Shown: in pieces, positions 25,591 to 39,500 of the stretch
Layout: every line of letters starts with the position of its first letter
How positions within the stretch are numbered: position 1 is the stretch's first letter
Assembly (NCBI GenBank): GCA_964016885.1
Contig: OZ024743.1
Span: 257,486,001-257,550,000 of the forward strand
DNA length: 64,000 nucleotides
Reading direction: 5' to 3'
Source of the DNA: Eledone cirrhosa
Taxonomy: Eukaryota
The notes under the pieces: generated by a model
Seen by the model: only the letters and a program-made list of their open reading frames with translations
The model's database searches: none
What the model was told of the DNA's origin: nothing
Program-made: the position numbers and the translations under genes

Positions 25591-25637
25591 CAGTCAAGTT
25601 TGCAATTTTCAACTGTTGAAAATTGCAAACTTCACTG
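25591..25637. repeat. 47-bp palindrome resembling two fused mariner TIRs
   Basis: cagtcaagtttgcaattttcaac-t-gttgaaaattgcaaacttcactg; arms resemble the TIR at 2124. Confidence 0.7.
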
Positions 25638-25650
25638 TGACCACACATTA

Positions 25651-25689
25651 TGAACCTGAAGATTGCGAAAGGATGAAAGTACTTGTTCA
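25651..25689 (+). ncRNA. Minimal hammerhead motif
   Basis: tgaac CTGAAGA ttgc-gaaa-ggat GAAA gtac TT gttca; stem II partly decayed. Confidence 0.6.
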
Positions 25690-25801
25690 ATTAACACTTA
25701 ACATTTAATATTCTACCATACTATTTCATTCTAATACCATTATAAATTTTAAAGGATTGTAAATAAAACGAGTAAATCAGACAAAGTTGGAATTCATTTT
25801 A

Positions 25802-25953
<152 letters not shown>

Positions 25954-26589
25954 CATTTATATATATATGTATATATATATATATATGTGTGTATATATGT
26001 GTGTGTGTGGTATTACAGTGTATTTCAGTAATACAGATTGTAAAGTTTTGAATAAGAGAAATCAATAAAAGAAGGTGAAAGTAGATTTTATTTCTGTCTC
26101 AATTTCAAATGTCATTATTACTTCCCCTTTGAAAAACTGCTCCTCCTATGTAGATGGCATTACTGTCTTTACTACCATTTTGAATGCCAACCACACACAT
26201 ACAGAGAGAGAGAGTTCATATGAGTTAAGTACAGCAGAGTGTTTGTGATGTGAAAGACATTCAATGTTTATTGATTACAAAGTTCAGAAACATATAAGAT
26301 ACATGTTGTTGCTGTCAGTCGGCATATAAAAACCGTAGTCTAGGAAGGTTATTATTATTATTATTATGTCCAAATATATCATGTCTTACTTTGCAAAAAG
26401 CTGAGTGATTTAAATGGAACTTTCATTCGTTTGGTGGATTTGAGATTATTGTGATAGAGTTTTCTCTTTATAAATCATGTTTATATGAGTCAATGGGTGA
26501 ATGGGTGAATGTTTGCATGTAAATAGATGTAATTGAGTCTACTTGTATATACATCTATTTGTAGATTACATAGTACACATATGTGTGCG

Positions 26590-26634
<45 letters not shown>

Positions 26635-27673
26635 GTACATATGTGTGTATGTATATATATAAGCACATATATATATATGTGTGTGTGTGTTTATAAATAT
26701 GTATTTATATATATGTGTATGTGTGTGTTTATAAATATGTATTTATATATATGTGTGTGTGTTTATAAATATGCATTTATATATGTGTGTGTGTGTGTGT
26801 AGATATTGACTTGCATACACATTGTATAGCACCTATATTCGCACGTAAGCATGCAGGCAGGCAAACATGCAATAGCAAATATCGAAGTAGATTATATATT
26901 ATATATATGTGTGAATAAATGGGTGCTTCTGTATATTGTACACATGCACATATATATATTAAAATATGAACATGCTTGTGTGAGGCAACCAGATATACAA
27001 ATATATAAACCAAACACACACATGCACACACCTCATACATGTATATAAGATTAGGTGATTCGGAAGATTTGTGGTTTTCTGAGGAAGGTACCAACATTAG
27101 CACTCTATGTACCAATATTAGCACTCTAGTATATACATTAAAAAGAAGAAAAAGAGTTTTCATATTGAGGTTTTTATTGATTAGTCTCAGTTTCAATTGT
27201 TTCACAGATTGGTGGCTCAAGATCCATATTTGTATTATAGACCCAGTTTCAGCCCCACTCTGATCATCAGACTTTGATAATCAAGCAAAACCAGGATCTC
27301 ATCTCTATAACACACATATGGATCTTGAGCCGCCCATCTGTGAAACGTTTGTAAATCCTTGTTTTGTTTTTCTTAATATATACATATATGACTGGGTTGT
27401 ATATTGAATTATATACGAAATGTTCATGTAAATAAAAACATTTTATAGCCATGCTATGAATTTTAGAAGTGGTGCTTTCATAACTGGTCTTTAGCAACTA
27501 AGGCATAGCACTTGAACAGCCGTTTCTCATTTGTTAACCATCTTCAGAGGGGCTAACTCCATTGGGATGCTAAGACAAAGACATACTAAAAGTTTATTGT
27601 ATTTATGCTTATGAACATCGACTGGTGAAGCTCATTTGCATACAGAGCAATAACTGGCAGACTCTGATTAATT

Positions 27674-27856
27674 GTTTCTACTTTTGGCACAAGGGCAGTA
27701 ATTATCCAATAAATTACTGGTACTTTATTTTATCGACCCCGTAAGGATGAAAGGCAAAGTTAATCTCGGCGGGATTTGAACTCAGAATGGCAAGGGCCAT
27801 AACTCTATGCGTGAAAACATGGCATCCGACTCTCTACCGATACTGCCAATCCACCG
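27674..27856 (-). mobile_element. tRNA-derived SINE with gcctttcatcct..ggggtcgataaaataaagtaccag central domain
   Basis: A box TGGCAGTATCGG, B box GTTCAAATCC; further copies at ~28850-29200(-), 54150-54300(-), 57780-57990(+), 60670-60878(+), 62880-63086(-). Confidence 0.75.
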
Positions 27857-30175
27857 CAGGCTCTAATTAATAAGAGGTAATGATGCCCTGACCTCACATG
27901 AGTGGTGTTGTGTATTGAATTATATACGAAACATTAAAATGTAAAGAAAATTTCTTTTGTCTTTGAAAAGCAGTTTTAAATGAAACTGGTCAATTACAAA
28001 AGTACAAAAACTATTCTTTTTGATGTGAATTTTTTTTTCATTGTGTACTGTAAACTTTACATGTATATATAATAAATAAAAATACATTAAGTGCTTTTAC
28101 AAATATCTATCATTTTTCGTATATATGTGTGTGTGTGGGTATACATCCTTTTAAATAACCATATTGTAATAACAATGCACAACACACACATACTAAAACA
28201 TGGGCACACACATACTCACACATGCTCAAGCATATTTAATGTAATATACACCATATATGTATTACACATACACATACTCCTGCACAGACTCTTTTATCGA
28301 TATATTTACATATTTCTGTAGCGTCTTGAACTTGTGGTCAATTTAGTTGACAGGCACTACAATATTGACTGTCAATAGCTGAGGGATTTCTATAATTTCA
28401 AGACTCAGGTCAATGAAATATTGGTTTTATTTGTATTATATTATATGCTGCCTATTGAATGCTTCTTGACCTGGCAAGACAGAGAGTGTGTTGATAGTTC
28501 GTATTATCTGTCATTTATTGGCTTTCTGCAAACATTAAAAATTGAGAGGGATGAAAAGTGGATAATAATCTGTCCATGAAATGAAGAGCACAAATTCTAT
28601 GTTATATAATACGTTACAGGACATAGTTGTGTTTATACACACACAACATAACATGCATACATACATACATAATATATATATACATATATAGTAAAAATAT
28701 AAAGTCAGTGTTTCATACTCTTGCAAGAGCTCACTGGCTGGAACTAGTAAAATAGTTAAATTAATGCCCTTATTTCCATCATTATCATCATCATCCTAAT
28801 CACCCTTATTGTATATAATCATCATCCACATCATTATTATTATAATTTATTCAAACATTGGCACATGGACAGCAATTTGTATGAAGGGGAAATTTGATTA
28901 TATCGACCACAGAAGGATGAAAGAAATTTGAACTCAGTATGTAGAAAATCATAACTAAATATTGCAACGCATTTTGTCCAACACTCTACTTATACTACTA
29001 ATCCACTGTAATTGTTTGTACATTTAGCACAAGGCCAGAAATTTTAAGGGAAAGGGAAAGTCGAATAAATCAACACCACTGCATTATTTTATCGACATCA
29101 TAAGGATGAAAGGTAAATCTAACCTTAGCAGGATTTGAACTCAAAAATTAAAGGGCCATATGCCACAAAGCATGTAGATCGATGCTCTACTGACCCACTC
29201 CCTTATAAATGATAACTATAATAATAATAATGATAATAATATTAATTAATATTATTTGTGTTAACAGAGCATAATTTTTACAAGATCACCAACAGCATCA
29301 GCATCATAATTATCACTATAATAATAATTATGAAAATAATCATAGCATAGTCTATTCAGGGCTATAGTTTCCCTTACAACAGCATCATACTTGTATTGTG
29401 GAATCTTTCTGACTTACTCCTTTGAAACAATGTCCTCCCCATTTACATCTCGGACACTCACTTCCCCTCAATATGTACCTCAAGGACTCTTTTGTGTATC
29501 ATCTCACAGCTCCTCTCTTCATCATTTCTGTATCATCTCACCCAGGAGGACTCTCAATATTCATTGATACCAAATATTCACAAAGCAATGATTATTTCTA
29601 TTAATTTGCTTTATAAAATAGCCAACACCTAGATATACATACATTGATGAGTAGCCATGTTTACAACATATTTCTAATTAAAGATTAACAACATTGCTTA
29701 TGATTTTTAAATCAGCTTAAAAATAATCAAAACCTTTGGAGGGACAGGGGACTATGTCTTGCACATATGTTCGGTTTTTGGTTTCATTTCTATGGCTGGA
29801 AACACTTCCTAACACCAACCACCTTAGAGCATTGATATTTTGTTATATAAGCTCATATTCTGAGTTCAAACTCTGCTGGAGACAACTTTGTTATTCATCT
29901 CAGCAAAATTTTCAACAATGTTTAATTGTTGCCCAGATTTTGAGTTTATATCTTATTCATGCAACCATGGAAAATAGATATGAAATGGTGGTGATGCTGT
30001 TTAAAGGGTCTGTATTATTTAAATGTATAAGATCTGTTTACTTATTACTGAGGAATAGAGCACCTTTCTCAATTTCTTTCTCCACCCTTCCTAATAGTTC
30101 TTGTGATTAATGTATCTCTTCTGGTGGTATGACATCAGCATGCATGCACACACACACATATATCTATACATCCAT

Positions 30176-30220
<45 letters not shown>

Positions 30221-30370
30221 TGTATATACATCTATATATACACATATACATACATGAATATATACATCTGTATATACATGTACATATACATATATGTGTG
30301 TGTGTGTGTGTAAAAACGCACATACACACACATATATATATACACATATATACACATATATATATATCAT

Positions 30371-30402
<32 letters not shown>

Positions 30403-30821
30403 TGTACTATATATATATTCGAATGATGATGATGAAAGGGATATTGCATTTTAAGGTTTATCTATAAATATTAGGGACCAATTACTCTTTAGTCAACTGT
30501 CAATATTTTCTAGATGGGAAAATAATGAAATATAAATGAGAGAAAACATGACATTTGAAGAGAATTTCATCATCTTCTTGGAATATAATATCTTTAGAGA
30601 AATATTTATTGCTACTCTTAGAAACAACACAAATTGTGCAAATTATTTTCTCAAAAATGAATTCCTCTTAAAAGGATACACTTTGATAATTTTGTTGTCA
30701 TGTTGGAAGGAAAACTTGTGTGTGTGTGTGTGTGTTTAGGTGTGTGTGTGTATAGATATAGATATATCGGGAGAGGTACTGTATGTATCTCTCTGTCTCT
30801 CTATTTTCATATATATATATA

Positions 30822-30927
<106 letters not shown>

Positions 30928-31539
30928 AATATACACACACATATCTATCTACACACACACATATAATGTATATACGTATATAATGATGCCAAATTGGCAG
31001 ATTAGGATGCAATCTATTCAGTAGTTATCAATAGGAGAGACCTTATTTATTATTTTAACACAAAATATCCATTAAAGTAAGGAACTAATGTTTTTTTTTC
31101 TTCTTAAAATCATATTTTTTATACATTATTTCTTGATGTTGTTGCTTTGTTTGCTTCTTTTGTTGTTGGTGGTGTTATGGTAGTGATGTTGATGTTAGCC
31201 AACACTACCATCATGTTTGTTGTTGTAATGATAGATGACTGTCATGTCATTTTTGTTTTGTTTTTTTTATTTTTCATCAGCAACATAATTTGAATGTTAA
31301 TGTTGTTTTTGTATCTATCTATCACTTAATATTATAATGTTATTATCGGTTTTTTGTATCATCATCATCATCACCATCATCATTTTTACATCTGATTTTC
31401 CATGCTTGCATGGGTTGGGTGCCCTACCTGATACTAACACATATGTAAGTATATAGTGCATGTTGTTGACACTTGATGAACTGCTACAATAGCTTCTCAT
31501 CCACTTTGTCCTCCTCCTTTTTCTTTTTGAAAGGGTTGT

Positions 31540-31800
31540 TGGGGCAGAGTCTTAAGGCCTGCTTTCTAGAGGGCCCTATCAGAAGCATAGATGAGTTGAA
31601 AGAAAATCTGGAGATCATATGAATCAGATGTAATGCGCAAGAGAGAATATTGCACTGGGATGGATATGTAATGTGTAAGGATGAGAATTGTTGGGTGAGG
31701 AAGTGAGATATACCAAGTGGAAGGAAGCTGCAAAAGAGGAAGACCAAGGAAAACCTGGGCAGAGGTGGTAAAAGCTGATCCCAGAATGATGGTCTTTACA
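31540..31800 (+). mobile_element. Degraded RTE 3' fragment
   Basis: SIDELKENL..QERILHW..RPRKTWAEVVKAD. Confidence 0.65.
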
Positions 31801-33044
31801 AATATGAAGCTGTTGTTGTTACAACTCTTACATATGTAGGCTTAGCTGGCCTCTTATGAGGTTGTATCTCATGGAAAGTTTTTCAGGTGTATTAATGATA
31901 AAAACTTTTCAGTCCTATCATAAAAAGCAATGAAAATAAGCATCTTAGTCAAGAACACAACAGGCTATCTAGTCCAATAATCAAACCTTCAACCTTATAA
32001 TTGTATGTCCAATACCCTAACCACAAAACTATGTGTCTCCACATACAGAGAAAGTGACAAAGAAATGCAGCATGTAAAAGAAAGTTATGGTAGCATGGAA
32101 AAACAAACATGAAAATGAAGATGACGATGGTGATGATGACTGCCATTAGCGACAAGAAACTTGGAATTACTAGATACATGGCACTAATAGTGACAAGGAA
32201 CTTGGAATAACTAAATTCATCCCTACTTGCTTTAGTAATTATGCATCATTGGTTTTTCAATGTAGAATTGGATTTCTAAAGTCCAAGTCAATGGATGCCT
32301 TGAAAAGAGTGATGTAGTAAAAGTATGATGCATTAATTAGGTGCAAATGTAAGCAGTAGAGTTTTCATTTAATGTTTACAGCACCTAGATTTATTCCAGA
32401 AAATGATAGGGTTGAACATGGCTGCCGTTTCACAGTCTCTTTCACTTACTGTATTTATGTATATATATATGTACATGTATATAAGAATGGATGTGCATAT
32501 ATATATATATAATCATCATCATAATCATCATCATCTGAATGGTGTTTCAGGCTTGCATGGGTTGGATGTTTTTTTTTTTTCAGCACTGCATCCATTCATT
32601 TCGCTCCTTTGTGAGGTTCAGCATTTTGAGATCTGTTCTCACCACTTCTTCCCAATAAAGTGTATTTCATTAAAAATACAGTCATGAAAGGTTAAATATC
32701 AACAATTAAACATGTGCCATTATATAAATTTGTTGTTTTTACTCATATATATAACTCATATATATAACTATGATCCTCAATTACCTTAATAAAACCAATG
32801 CTTTCCACAAAACCAAACAAACACACTCTATAAACTTACATTCAACTTCACTCACTAGACACATACCACAGAAGATGTAAAATAAAAATCAATCACATCC
32901 TTCAAAACCATAATCCACTCCACCCAGAATAACAACCACCAACCTGCACCAATTACTGTTATGGGCAGGGTGGCAGACATCGTCAGGCTGCCGCATTTAT
33001 AATATGTGGTTGCTATAATACTCTATAGCAACTACTAGCCCATT

Positions 33045-33310
33045 CATCATCATCATCATCATTTTATGTCCACTTTTCCTTGCTTGCAAGGGTGGGACGG
33101 GTCCTTTTCAGCACAGCATCTCTCTATTCGTCACAGTCCTTCGTCATTTCCTCTGTGAGCTTCAGTGATCTGAGGTCAGCTTGCACCACCTTCGCCCATG
33201 ATTTTTGTGGTCTTCCTCTACTGCATCTTCCTTCCACTGGGATTTTTGGCACTTCTTTGCCCAGCGGTCATCTTCCATGCGCATAACATGTCCATACCAA
33301 TGCAGTCTTC
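33045..33310 (-). mobile_element. RTE 3' fragment with (GAT)n tail
   Basis: ERRLHWYGHVMRMEDDRWAKKC. Confidence 0.75.
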
Positions 33311-33519
33311 TCTCCCACACATTACCATTATAGTAGTCAAACTCTGGGAGGGCCATCTTTTTTCTCGTGCTCTGAGAGGAATGCCTTTGACTTACTGACC
33401 TAGATCAGATCTGAGAACAAGATAACAAGATCAGAGTACTATATTATTATAAGATATGTCAAAACCAATGATGATACAGTAAATGTAATATATATAACCT
33501 AATTATAACAATGATGATC

Positions 33520-34652
33520 ATATTATGATGATGATCATGATGTTAGTAGTGGTTGTGGTGGTGATGGTGATGGTAGTATTGGTGGTGTTGGTGATGGTGG
33601 CAATGGTGATGGGAGTAGTGGTAGTGATGGTGATGGTAGTAGTGGTGGTGTTGGTGATGGTAGTATTGGTGGCGATGGTGATGGTGGTATTGGTGGCAAT
33701 GGTGATGGTGGTGATGGTAGTAGTGGTGGTGTTGGTAGTAGTGGTGGTGTTGGTAGTATTAGTGGCGATGGTGATGGTGGTGATGGTAGTAGTGGTGGTG
33801 GTGGTGATGGTAGTAGTGGTGGTGATGGTGATGGTGGTGACGGTAGTAGTGGTGGTGGTGGTGATGGCAGTAGTGGTGGTGTTGGTAGTAGTGGTGGTGT
33901 TGGTGATGGTGGTGACGGTAGTAGTGGTGGTGGTGGTGATGGCAGTAGTGGTGGTGTTGGTAGTAGTGGTGGTGTTGGTGATGGTGATGGTGGTGACGGT
34001 AGTAGTGGTGGTGTTGGTAGTAGTGGTGGTGTTGGTGATGGTAGTAGTGGTGGTGTTGGTGATGGTGATGGTGGTGACGGTAGTAGTGGTGGTGTTGGTA
34101 GTAGTGGTGATGGTGGTGACGGTAGTAGTGGTGGTGTTGGTAGTAGTGGTGGTGTTGGTAGTAGTGGTGGTGTTGGGAGTAGTGGTGGTGGTGATAGTAG
34201 TAGTGGTGGTGATCGTAGTAGTAGTAGTGATGGTGATGGTAGTAGTGGTTGTGGTGGTGAGGGTAGTAGTGGTGGTGTTGGTAGTGGCGGTGGTGTTGGG
34301 AGTAGTGGTGGTGGTGATGGTAGTAGTGGTAGTGGTGATGGTAGTAGTGGTGGTGGTGATGGTTGTATTGGTGGTGGTGATGGTAGTAGTGGTGGTGATA
34401 GTGATGGTTGTAGTGGTTGTGATGATGTTGATGCTATTAGTTGTGGTAACAATGGAAGTAGTGGTTGCACTGGTGATGGTAGTAATGGTTGTGATTGTGG
34501 TGATGGTAGTAGTGGTTGAAATGGTAGTTGTGATTGTGGTGATGGTAGTTGTTGTGGTTGTGATGATGTTGATGGTAGTAGTGGTTGTGGTGGTGATGGT
34601 AGTAATGGTTGTGATGGTAGTTGTTGTGGGTGTGGTGATGGTAGTAGTGGTT
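33520..34652. repeat. Compound trinucleotide microsatellite (GGT/GTA/GAT)n
   Basis: Direct reading; produces the poly-T/poly-V/poly-P ORFs. Confidence 0.95.
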
Positions 34653-35470
34653 GCAGATTTTCCCAAATGGTGCTACATGAAATATATGTAAAATCTCAAA
34701 TATATCATAATCATCATATTACAAGAATAATCATAATGATGACAGTCATGGTGATGATGATGATGATAATGATGAAAAATCAGAAAAAATTGTCATGTAA
34801 TTCTTTAGCAATTTAGAAGTTCTATAGAACAAGTATGTAATCCAATAAGTATATATTACATTAATAATATATATATATATACACACGCACACGCACACAT
34901 AGATATATATTTATGCATATATGCATACATATATATATATACACACACATAGATATATATATACATATACATTCATACACTCACCATATATATGCATATA
35001 TGTGTGTATGAATGTATACGTATGTATGTATATCTATCTATCTATCTATATATATATCTATATATTTAGAGAGCGAGATACACCCATCCACACATATATA
35101 TGAATGGATAAAATTAAAGAAAACGGTGAGAATCAGAAATGGAATGAAACCATTATACAGCAGCATTAGTACTCAATAGTAAATTATATCAAACTACTTG
35201 AGCCCATTGGGAAAATTTCAATCTCATTTCGAAGCTGAATACATTTCTAGTCACACCATAGAACCATTCCATCTGCCATCCATTCTCTCACAGACTTCTT
35301 CTTCTGTAAAGAGGATATGCCATTTATTGAATTATTTACTGGTAAATACTTCAAATATTTGTAGTAGAATTGGTATTGTTTTATTTTTCTTATTTCATGC
35401 TTTCTTTTCATTTTTATAAGTTTATTTTCTTGGTTTTGCAAGATTTACACTCCCAAATGTACATACACAC

Positions 35471-36178
35471 ATCATCATCATCATCATCGTTTAACGTCCA
35501 TCTTCCACGCTTGCATGGGTTTGGACGGGAGTTTTCCCACTTGAGGCAAGATTGGTTGTCCTGCTCGTATAAGACTGTGTGGCAGGTTTTCTACGGCTGG
35601 ATGCCCTTCCTAACACCAACCATGTTTACAGTGTGGACTGGGAGGTTTTTACCGTGTTACCTACATGGCCACATTACAGCGTGGACTGTGTGTTTTTTTG
35701 TCGTGACACCTACACGTCTGGCGGGTTTTCTACGGCTGGGTGCCCTTCCCAACACCAACCACGTTTACAGTGTGGACTGGGAGGTTTTTACCGTGTTACC
35801 TACGCGGCCAAATTACAGCGTGGACTGTGTGTTTTTTTGTCGTGACACCTACACAACCTCATTTGTTTCGGACTGGATGTTGTGGTACAAACATAACTTC
35901 ACATTTAAGGGGGTGGTGTGGATGGGGTGGGGGTAGTGGGACGGGGGTGTATTTTGTTAGAGGTGCCTACAGACTGTAGGTTTCGCTTTGTACTTAGGCA
36001 AGGCGGGTCTTCTGTATAACTGTGTAACGCCAAAGATCTCGGTCCAGTGACATTGTCTTGGAGAGGTGTAAGTGTGTGAGGTCGGAATTTATCAAGTCGT
36101 CCCAGGTTTTTCTGGGTCTGCCTACTCCATGGCTACTGTCTATTTTTATCGGCCTGCACTCTTTTATACAGCTGTCGT
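35471..36178 (-). mobile_element. 5'-truncated RTE 3' end with a ~139-bp internal tandem duplication
   Basis: (CAT)n tail on + strand; homologous to 36184-36765; 35580-35718 repeated at 35719-35853. Confidence 0.85.
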
Positions 36179-36578
36179 ATATATCATCATCATCATCATC
36201 AACGTTTAACGTCCGTGTTCCACGCTTGCATGGGTTTGGACGGGGGTAGTCCCACTTGAGGCAAGAGTGATTGTCTTGCTCGCATAGGACTGTCTGGCAG
36301 GTTTTCTACAGTTGGATGCCCTTCCTAACACCAACCACATTTACAGTGTGGGTCTGGGAGGTTTTTACCGTGTTGCCTACACAGCCACATTACAGCGTGG
36401 ACTGTGTGTTTTTTTGTCGTGACACCTACACGATCTCATTTGTTTCGGCCTCGATGGCGCGGCACCAACATAACTTTACATAGAACGGGGTGGTGTGGAT
36501 GGGGTGGGGGTGGGGGTGGTGGGACGGGGTGTATTTTGTTAGAGATGCCTACTGGCTGGAGTAGGTTTTACTATATAT

Positions 36579-39500
36579 TTAGGTAAGGCGGGTCTTCTCT
36601 GTTACTGAGTACCGCCAAAGGTCTCGGTCCAGTGACATTGTCTTGGAGAGGTGTAAGTGTGTGATGTCGGAGTTTATCAGCTCGTCCCAGGTTTTTCTAG
36701 GTCTGCCTATTCCGTGACTACCGTCTATCTTTATTGCCCTGCACTTTGTTATACAGCTATCGACTTTCATGCGCATCACGTGTCCATACCAACGTAGCCT
36801 TCTCTCGAGTAAACAACATCTGATCCCTCTTATCTCTAATTTTTTCCTTAGTTCGTTTATGCTTTGCCGTTCACGTATATTACTGTTACACATCCAGCGG
36901 AGCATGCAAGCTTCGTTCCTCTCTAGTCTGCGTATATCCTCTGCACACAATGCCCAGGTCTCACTGCCATGCAGCATTGCTGTTCGTATGCAGGCATCGT
37001 ACAACCTGCCTTTCATTTTTAGTGAGAACCCTTTAGCAGCTAATAGTGGTATAAGCTCTCTGAACTTTTTCCAACCAGTTCTGACTCTAGCTACAGTACT
37101 TTCAGAGCACCCTCCCCCACTGCTTATTTTATCGCCCAGGTAACGGAAGCTGTCCACTATTTCTATAGAACCCTCTGCGCAATTGAAAGAGCTAGTAGTT
37201 TGTGGGCACTTGCTGCTACTTATTGCACCAGAGCACCGGCCACATGTAAAATCTATGTTCTTAGTTAGCTTACCTGTGATCCCACTACATCTTTTATGCA
37301 CCCATACTTTGCATTTAGGACATAAAATGGAGTTTCTACCTACGCCTTTCCTACACACCGAGCACGACCATTTCCCAGAAGGGACCGCCGCCTTGTTTTC
37401 TTTCCTACAAACTAGTACTTTGGTCTTAGCCAGGTTAATTTTAAGTCCTTTTGACTCTAGGCCGTGCTTCCATGTTTGGAATTTCTTCTCTAGCTCGGCC
37501 ATTGATTCCGCTATGAGTGTCAGGTCGTCTGCGTATAGGAGTTCCCATGGGCAGCCTGTCTTGAACTCCTCTGTTATAGCCTGAAGGGCAATAATAAATA
37601 GTAGTGGGCTGAGGACAGAGCCCTGATGGACGCCAACTTTTACGCTAAACTCTTCACTATATTCGTTGTTAATTCTAACCTTGCTGACTGTTTCTTTATA
37701 CATGGCTTGTATAGCCCTCACAAGCCATTCGTCAACGCCTAGTTTTCTAAGAGCCCACCAGATAATGGAGCGGGGGACTCTGTCGAAGGCTTTCTCCAAG
37801 TCGACAAAAGCTAAGTAGAGGGGTTTACCTTTAGCTAGGTACTTCTCCTGTAGTTGTCGTACTATGAAAAGAGCGTCTGTGGTACTTTTGCCTGACACAA
37901 ACCCGAACTGCATTTCATCTAGGTCAATTCTCTCTCTGATTAGTTGCGCTATTACTTTTTCCGTGACCTTCATGACCTGGTCGATTAATTTAATGCCTCT
38001 ATAGTTACTCCTATCTAGGGCGTCTCCTTTACCCTTATAACAGTTAACGATGATGCTGCTATGCCAGTCCTTTGGAACAACCCCATTCTGTACGACTTGG
38101 TTAACTATGCGGGTGACCATGGTGTGTCCCACCGTGCCAGATGCCTTCAGCATCTCAGCAACTATTTCCGAAGGCCCAGCCGCCTTACCCGTCTTCATAT
38201 CCTTGATTGCCTTACTTATTATACTCCCCTCGACTAACACTGCTGGTCCCTCTATTGGGTCGATATGGGGGAGACTGCCTTTCTCCCAATTATTCTCCTC
38301 ATTTAGTAGCCTTTCATAGTGACACTTCCAAGCTACCTTCTTATCAGCGTCGGTGATGGCAAGTGTGCCATCGTCGTTTAGTACACACTTCTCCCCAACA
38401 ATATCACGGTTTTCCTTGACGCATTGCCTAGCAATCCTGAACACCTCACGTTTTTGGTCATCGCGTTGTAGAACATGCTTGAACTTTCTTTCCTCAGCTT
38501 CCCTTCTTGCTAAGTACACTTGTCTCCTAGCTTCCCTCCTGGCCACTTGATAGTCCTCTCTACTTCCCCCATCCCGCCATACTTTCCAAGCCTGCTTTTT
38601 GGCCTTAATTGACCCCTCCACCTTACTGTTCCACCACCATGTTACTCTCCTCCTGCCTACAGGCCTGCTCCAGCCACAGACTTCGTCTGTCGCCAACAGC
38701 AGGTTTGCTTTCAGAAATTCCCACTCTCCCTCTATATTGTCCGACTCTAAATGTTCTTCCTTACTGTCGAAAGCATCAAGTAATATGCTTTGAAATTTAT
38801 TCCTGGCTGTGGGGTCCTTTAGCTTCCATATTTTCCTCCTGAGGATAGTCCTCTTCTGTTGTCGAGTACGTCTCGTCCTGACTATGAGGTCGCTAATTAT
38901 CAGTCTATGTTGGGAGGTGCATTCTTCATGGGGGAGGGATTTAGTGTTTACAACAGACACTCTGTCACGTCTTCTGGTAAGGATATAATCTACCTGGCTT
39001 GTGTGTTCCCCGGATCTATAGGTGATCAGGTGATTGTCACGTTTTTTGAAGTTAGTGTTACAGATAGTTAGGTTATTTGCATCACAGAATTCCAGGATTC
39101 TGGAGCCTTCCTCATTTCTAGTACCAAACCCATAGCCTCCATGGATTTCGTCGTAGCCGTCACAATGTTGTCCAACGTGGCCATTTAGGTCGCCTGCGAT
39201 AATTATATAGTCACTGTCGGATATTTGGGAGGTAGTTAGCATCAGTGTCTCATAGAATCTGTCTTTTATAGTGCCGGGCAGTCCGGATTGGGGTGCGTAC
39301 GCAGATATTACTGTCACCGTAGTTCTATTGAGGACAAGTCGTATTTTAATTATTCTGTCGTTCACTCTATTTACGTCTATTATCTTATCTGCCCACTTTT
39401 CTGCTACCATGATTCCTACTCCACCCAGCCCATCGTCGTTTCCCACCCAGAAAAGCTTATAACATCGTTTTTTACCCTCAATGAACCTAGCAGACCCACC

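Noticed and set aside
33518-34691. 382-388 aa Thr-, Val- or Pro-rich ORFs (mucin-like)
   Set aside because: Pure trinucleotide microsatellite, open on both strands, with no signal peptide or unique domain
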